Of a stretch of 64,000 nt of DNA, positions 61,487-64,000 are shown piece after piece (within the stretch, counting starts at the first letter, position 1; each line of letters opens with the position of its first letter). Under the pieces are notes generated by a model. It was not told where the DNA came from and made no database searches. It saw nothing but the letters and a program-made list of their open reading frames with translations. The stretch covers positions 1,856,001 to 1,920,000 of the forward strand of contig OZ224045.1 of NCBI GenBank assembly GCA_963665325.3, read 5' to 3'. The translations under genes and the position numbers were made by a program. The stretch is from Alphaproteobacteria bacterium. GTDB taxonomy: Bacteria; Pseudomonadota; Alphaproteobacteria; Bin95.

Positions 61487-62503
61487 CTAACTATCCGGAA
61501 TCGTGTCTTGTAAAGCGTCGGAGATTCGCTTTATTTGCGCGGCGGCGTCTTCTATGACCCGCTCCTGTTCGACGCCGGCCTTCAGCCGAATGGGAATGCA
61601 CGGTCTTTCATTGGGAACTTTCACGTCCGTGAAGCTTCCACAAATCATTTCGAAAGCGTCGACGGTGCCATGCTGGGGCACCAACCACAACGGCGAGATT
61701 CCATGATCGCGCCATATCTTGAAGACAATCGCTAGAGATAGTTCAAACTTGTCGTGCGTACGGAAATACCGGCGGATATAATCGAAAGTAGCAGTAGGCA
61801 TATAGCCTTTTGTATCAGCTATTCCGTCGTCCACGAGCTTGTTTACGATCCCATTTATCAATCCGATGTAGTTCATTAATCGGCGCACTATCTCCTGATC
61901 GGTGACTTCATCTTCGCGCAGCGGCAGGAATGCCTCGGAGTCAGTCCAGTTCGTCAGCGCCTGTAACTGGAGGAGGTCGGCCCTAACCTCGTCATGCCCC
62001 TTGGAACGGGCAGCGTCCAGTAATGTCTCCAGGACATATTTCCAACTGGCGACCAGCATAGTCTTACCGCCGACACGGGCGCGATTGCCGGCCGCATCCT
62101 TCCATTCGAGTCCCGCGTCACTGCATCGCGCCCTGAGTTCGTGCCAGACCGTCGAAATTCTCTGCTCGGGAACGATGAACACAAGGGCTGACGGAGGGTC
62201 TTCTACGAGGTGGCCGAGATAAGACACGGGTTGCGCGTCGGTCAGCCCGGCCCAGAATTTGTTCTCGACGAAGACCCGCACACAACCGTTGCTGTCATGG
62301 ATCGTAAGGTCCGGTTGGCCCTCTCCATGTTCCAACTCGGCCTCGATGCGCCCGGGCTCGAACTCGATATCTGCGTCTCGCAGCATTTCGACGAACGCCT
62401 TGGCGATGTCCGGTTTCGATTTCAGTATGTAGGCCAGAGCCTGCGTCGCGGCGGGCTCGTTCTGTAGCGCCCCTCCAAGAACGACATGCGCCAACACGCT
62501 CAT
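61487..62503 (-). CDS. PD-(D/E)XK nuclease-family protein
   Basis: E..AT.AL, QPDL ... VENKF.A.LT..Q...Y; lower GC. Confidence 0.75.
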   Translation of the reverse strand: MSVLAHVVLGGALQNEPAATQALAYILKSKPDIAKAFVEMLRDADIEFEPGRIEAELEHGEGQPDLTIHDSNGCVRVFVENKFWAGLTDAQPVSYLGHLVEDPPSALVFIVPEQRISTVWHELRARCSDAGLEWKDAAGNRARVGGKTMLVASWKYVLETLLDAARSKGHDEVRADLLQLQALTNWTDSEAFLPLREDEVTDQEIVRRLMNYIGLINGIVNKLVDDGIADTKGYMPTATFDYIRRYFRTHDKFELSLAIVFKIWRDHGISPLWLVPQHGTVDAFEMICGSFTDVKVPNERPCIPIRLKAGVEQERVIEDAAAQIKRISDALQDTIPDS

Positions 62504-62639
62504 AGAGCTTACCCCCCGTTCTGTCGGTCCAGAGGCTTTCCGCCGGATGGCGGGCGGCTCGACCGGACCGGGCCGTGCCGGAGCCGCATCGGACGGCATT
62601 TCGGGCCGGACTGCAACCCTGCCCTGGTGAAGATGGTAT

Positions 62640-63220
62640 TTTGTTCCAGGAATTATGAAATAATTCTCCATAAAGGCTAGACGTCAGGGCAACCAGCCAC
62701 TATATAGGACTACACGGAGCGGCATCCGGAGGCCGCCCCGTCCTCCGCGTCGGCGCCGGCGCGAAAAAATGCCCCTGAGAAACGCATGGGAGAGGTGCGT
62801 CCTGCGTCTCGCGCGCGCAATCAGGCGCGCGAGCCGCGCCGCCGCGAAGCGCGCGCGGGCGGGCACAGGCGCGGCTCGCGCAGGATACGCGCGAATCAGG
62901 GTCCCGCCGCACCGGGAAGCCGGGCGGAGGGACGAACGGAACGGAGTGGAACGAATCGCGATGGAGGAACGATCATGCAGCATACCCCTCTCCGTCACCC
63001 CGGCCGGAGGTCCGCATGCCTCTTGCGTCACCCCGGACGGCGCGCCAGCGCCGAGCCGGGGTCTCCGGACGAAGGGTTGCCCTTGTTGCACGAAGCCCCG
63101 GCTTCCCCGCTCGGGGGCGGGGACGGGCGCGGTCCTGGGCGACGCAAAGGGAACGCGCACCTGCATCCTGAGCAGTTACAATAGGATATGAGCCATCCGC
63201 ATGCGGATCATGACATCTCT
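62640..63220 (+). repeat. Copy C of the dispersed element
   Basis: Promoter, GCGGCATCCGGA hairpin, 48-nt core, GGAGG plus ATG 62975, GCATGC..CATGACATCT tail shared with copy A. Confidence 0.8.
62677..62705 (+). promoter_or_regulatory. Sigma70-type promoter of element copy C
   Basis: CTAGAC-N17-CTATAT, one mismatch to the rhizobial RpoD consensus CTTGAC-N17-CTATAT. Confidence 0.6.
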
Positions 63221-63234
63221 CGAGTAACTAACGC

Positions 63235-64000
63235 TCACGCCATGGCCCTATCACCATCGGGCGCTTGCATGTCCTGGGCGGGGTGGATCAGTTGGTAGCC
63301 GAGGGTTCGAGCCTTGCGCCGCAGGTTGGCGAGGGAACGGTCGATGCGCCGTTTTTCGTAGGCTTGCATGCCTTTTTCGACATATTGCTCACCCCGCGTC
63401 ACTATCAGATAGATCAGGCAAGCCAGTTCGCGGGCGGTCGCGGTTATCGCGACGGGAGTGTCCTTTCGGGCGAGCCGGGCGCGATGTTTGGCGCCGATGA
63501 AGGTCTGGCTCCTTCGTGCCGACATGGCTGCCATGCGCAGGGCCTGTCCGACCGGGTTGACCACCTTGTGCGTCCGGCCCGGCAAAGGCTTGCCGCCGCT
63601 GATCCTGGTGCCCGGCGCCACCCCCAGCCAGGAGCAGAAGTGTTGGGCGGAAGGGAAGGCGGAGAAGTCCGGGCCGATCTCGGAAGCGATCGTCAGAGCG
63701 GTTCCGGGACCGATGGTCGGGATCGCGGTCAGGTCGGTGCCCATCATGGCGGTCAGGGCCACGGTCAACGCCTTGTCGGTCATGGGGCCGACCGCGCGGA
63801 GTGTTTCGTGGGATGCGTCACCGCCGCCCGGCCCGTCCGGTGGCGTCAGATCGTCGATCTGCTCCGCGATCCGCGCCTCGCAGTCCTCGATCTGCCGGTC
63901 GAGGAAGTCATAGCGCTGCACGGCCTGCTCCAGGGCGAAGAGATGCTCCTCGCGCCAGGTGCCTTCCAGGCTCGCGGCGATTGTGTCCGCGCTGGCCTTG
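63235..64000 (-). mobile_element. IS110 family transposase (C-terminal part; runs off the window)
   Basis: SLEGTWREEHLF.L, IPTIG, SEIG.D.S.FPSA.HF.SWLG..P....SGGK, A.TA.AR.LA...Y; frame open to the window end. Confidence 0.92.

Noticed and set aside
62504-62671. N-terminal extension of the PD-(D/E)XK ORF from 62671
   Set aside because: Low-complexity extension overlapping the element C promoter; ATG 62503 with an upstream GGGGG is more plausible
62640-63234. Element C as the IS110 bridge RNA-encoding end
   Set aside because: Promoter and G-U polarity point antisense to the transposase, and other copies occur without an IS; not formally excluded without the other IS end

Overview
GC-rich chromosomal window of an alphaproteobacterium, probably Rhodospirillales-like (gene orders uppP/fzlA, hisB-DUF2628-hisH-GNAT-hisA-hisF-hisE-HIT, rne/mrcA-prfB). 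It holds about 60 genes. Housekeeping genes: his operon, RNase E, PBP1A, frameshifted prfB, amtB-glnK with a sigma54 promoter. Catabolic genes: oxalate-CoA ligase/PanE2-like pair, TPP-dependent E1a/E1b/E2 cluster, hydantoinase/oxoprolinase pair, TTT transporter plus sulfatase, two luciferase-like monooxygenases. Lower-GC accessory genes: GIY-YIG, PD-(D/E)XK, a methyltransferase fusion and an IS110. The main unexplained signal is a dispersed intergenic element family at four loci (five units: ~16.7 kb, ~21.1-21.6 kb, a tandem at ~26.6-27.3 kb, ~62.6-63.2 kb). Complete copies show a sigma70-like promoter (one with a perfect alphaproteobacterial LexA box), conserved hairpins whose substitutions keep G-U pairs on one strand only, a strong RBS with a non-conserved small ORF, and a tail of CATGACA repeats phased at 10 bp. 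An IS110 abuts the tail of one copy. All calls come from motif recognition by eye; no database searches were run.
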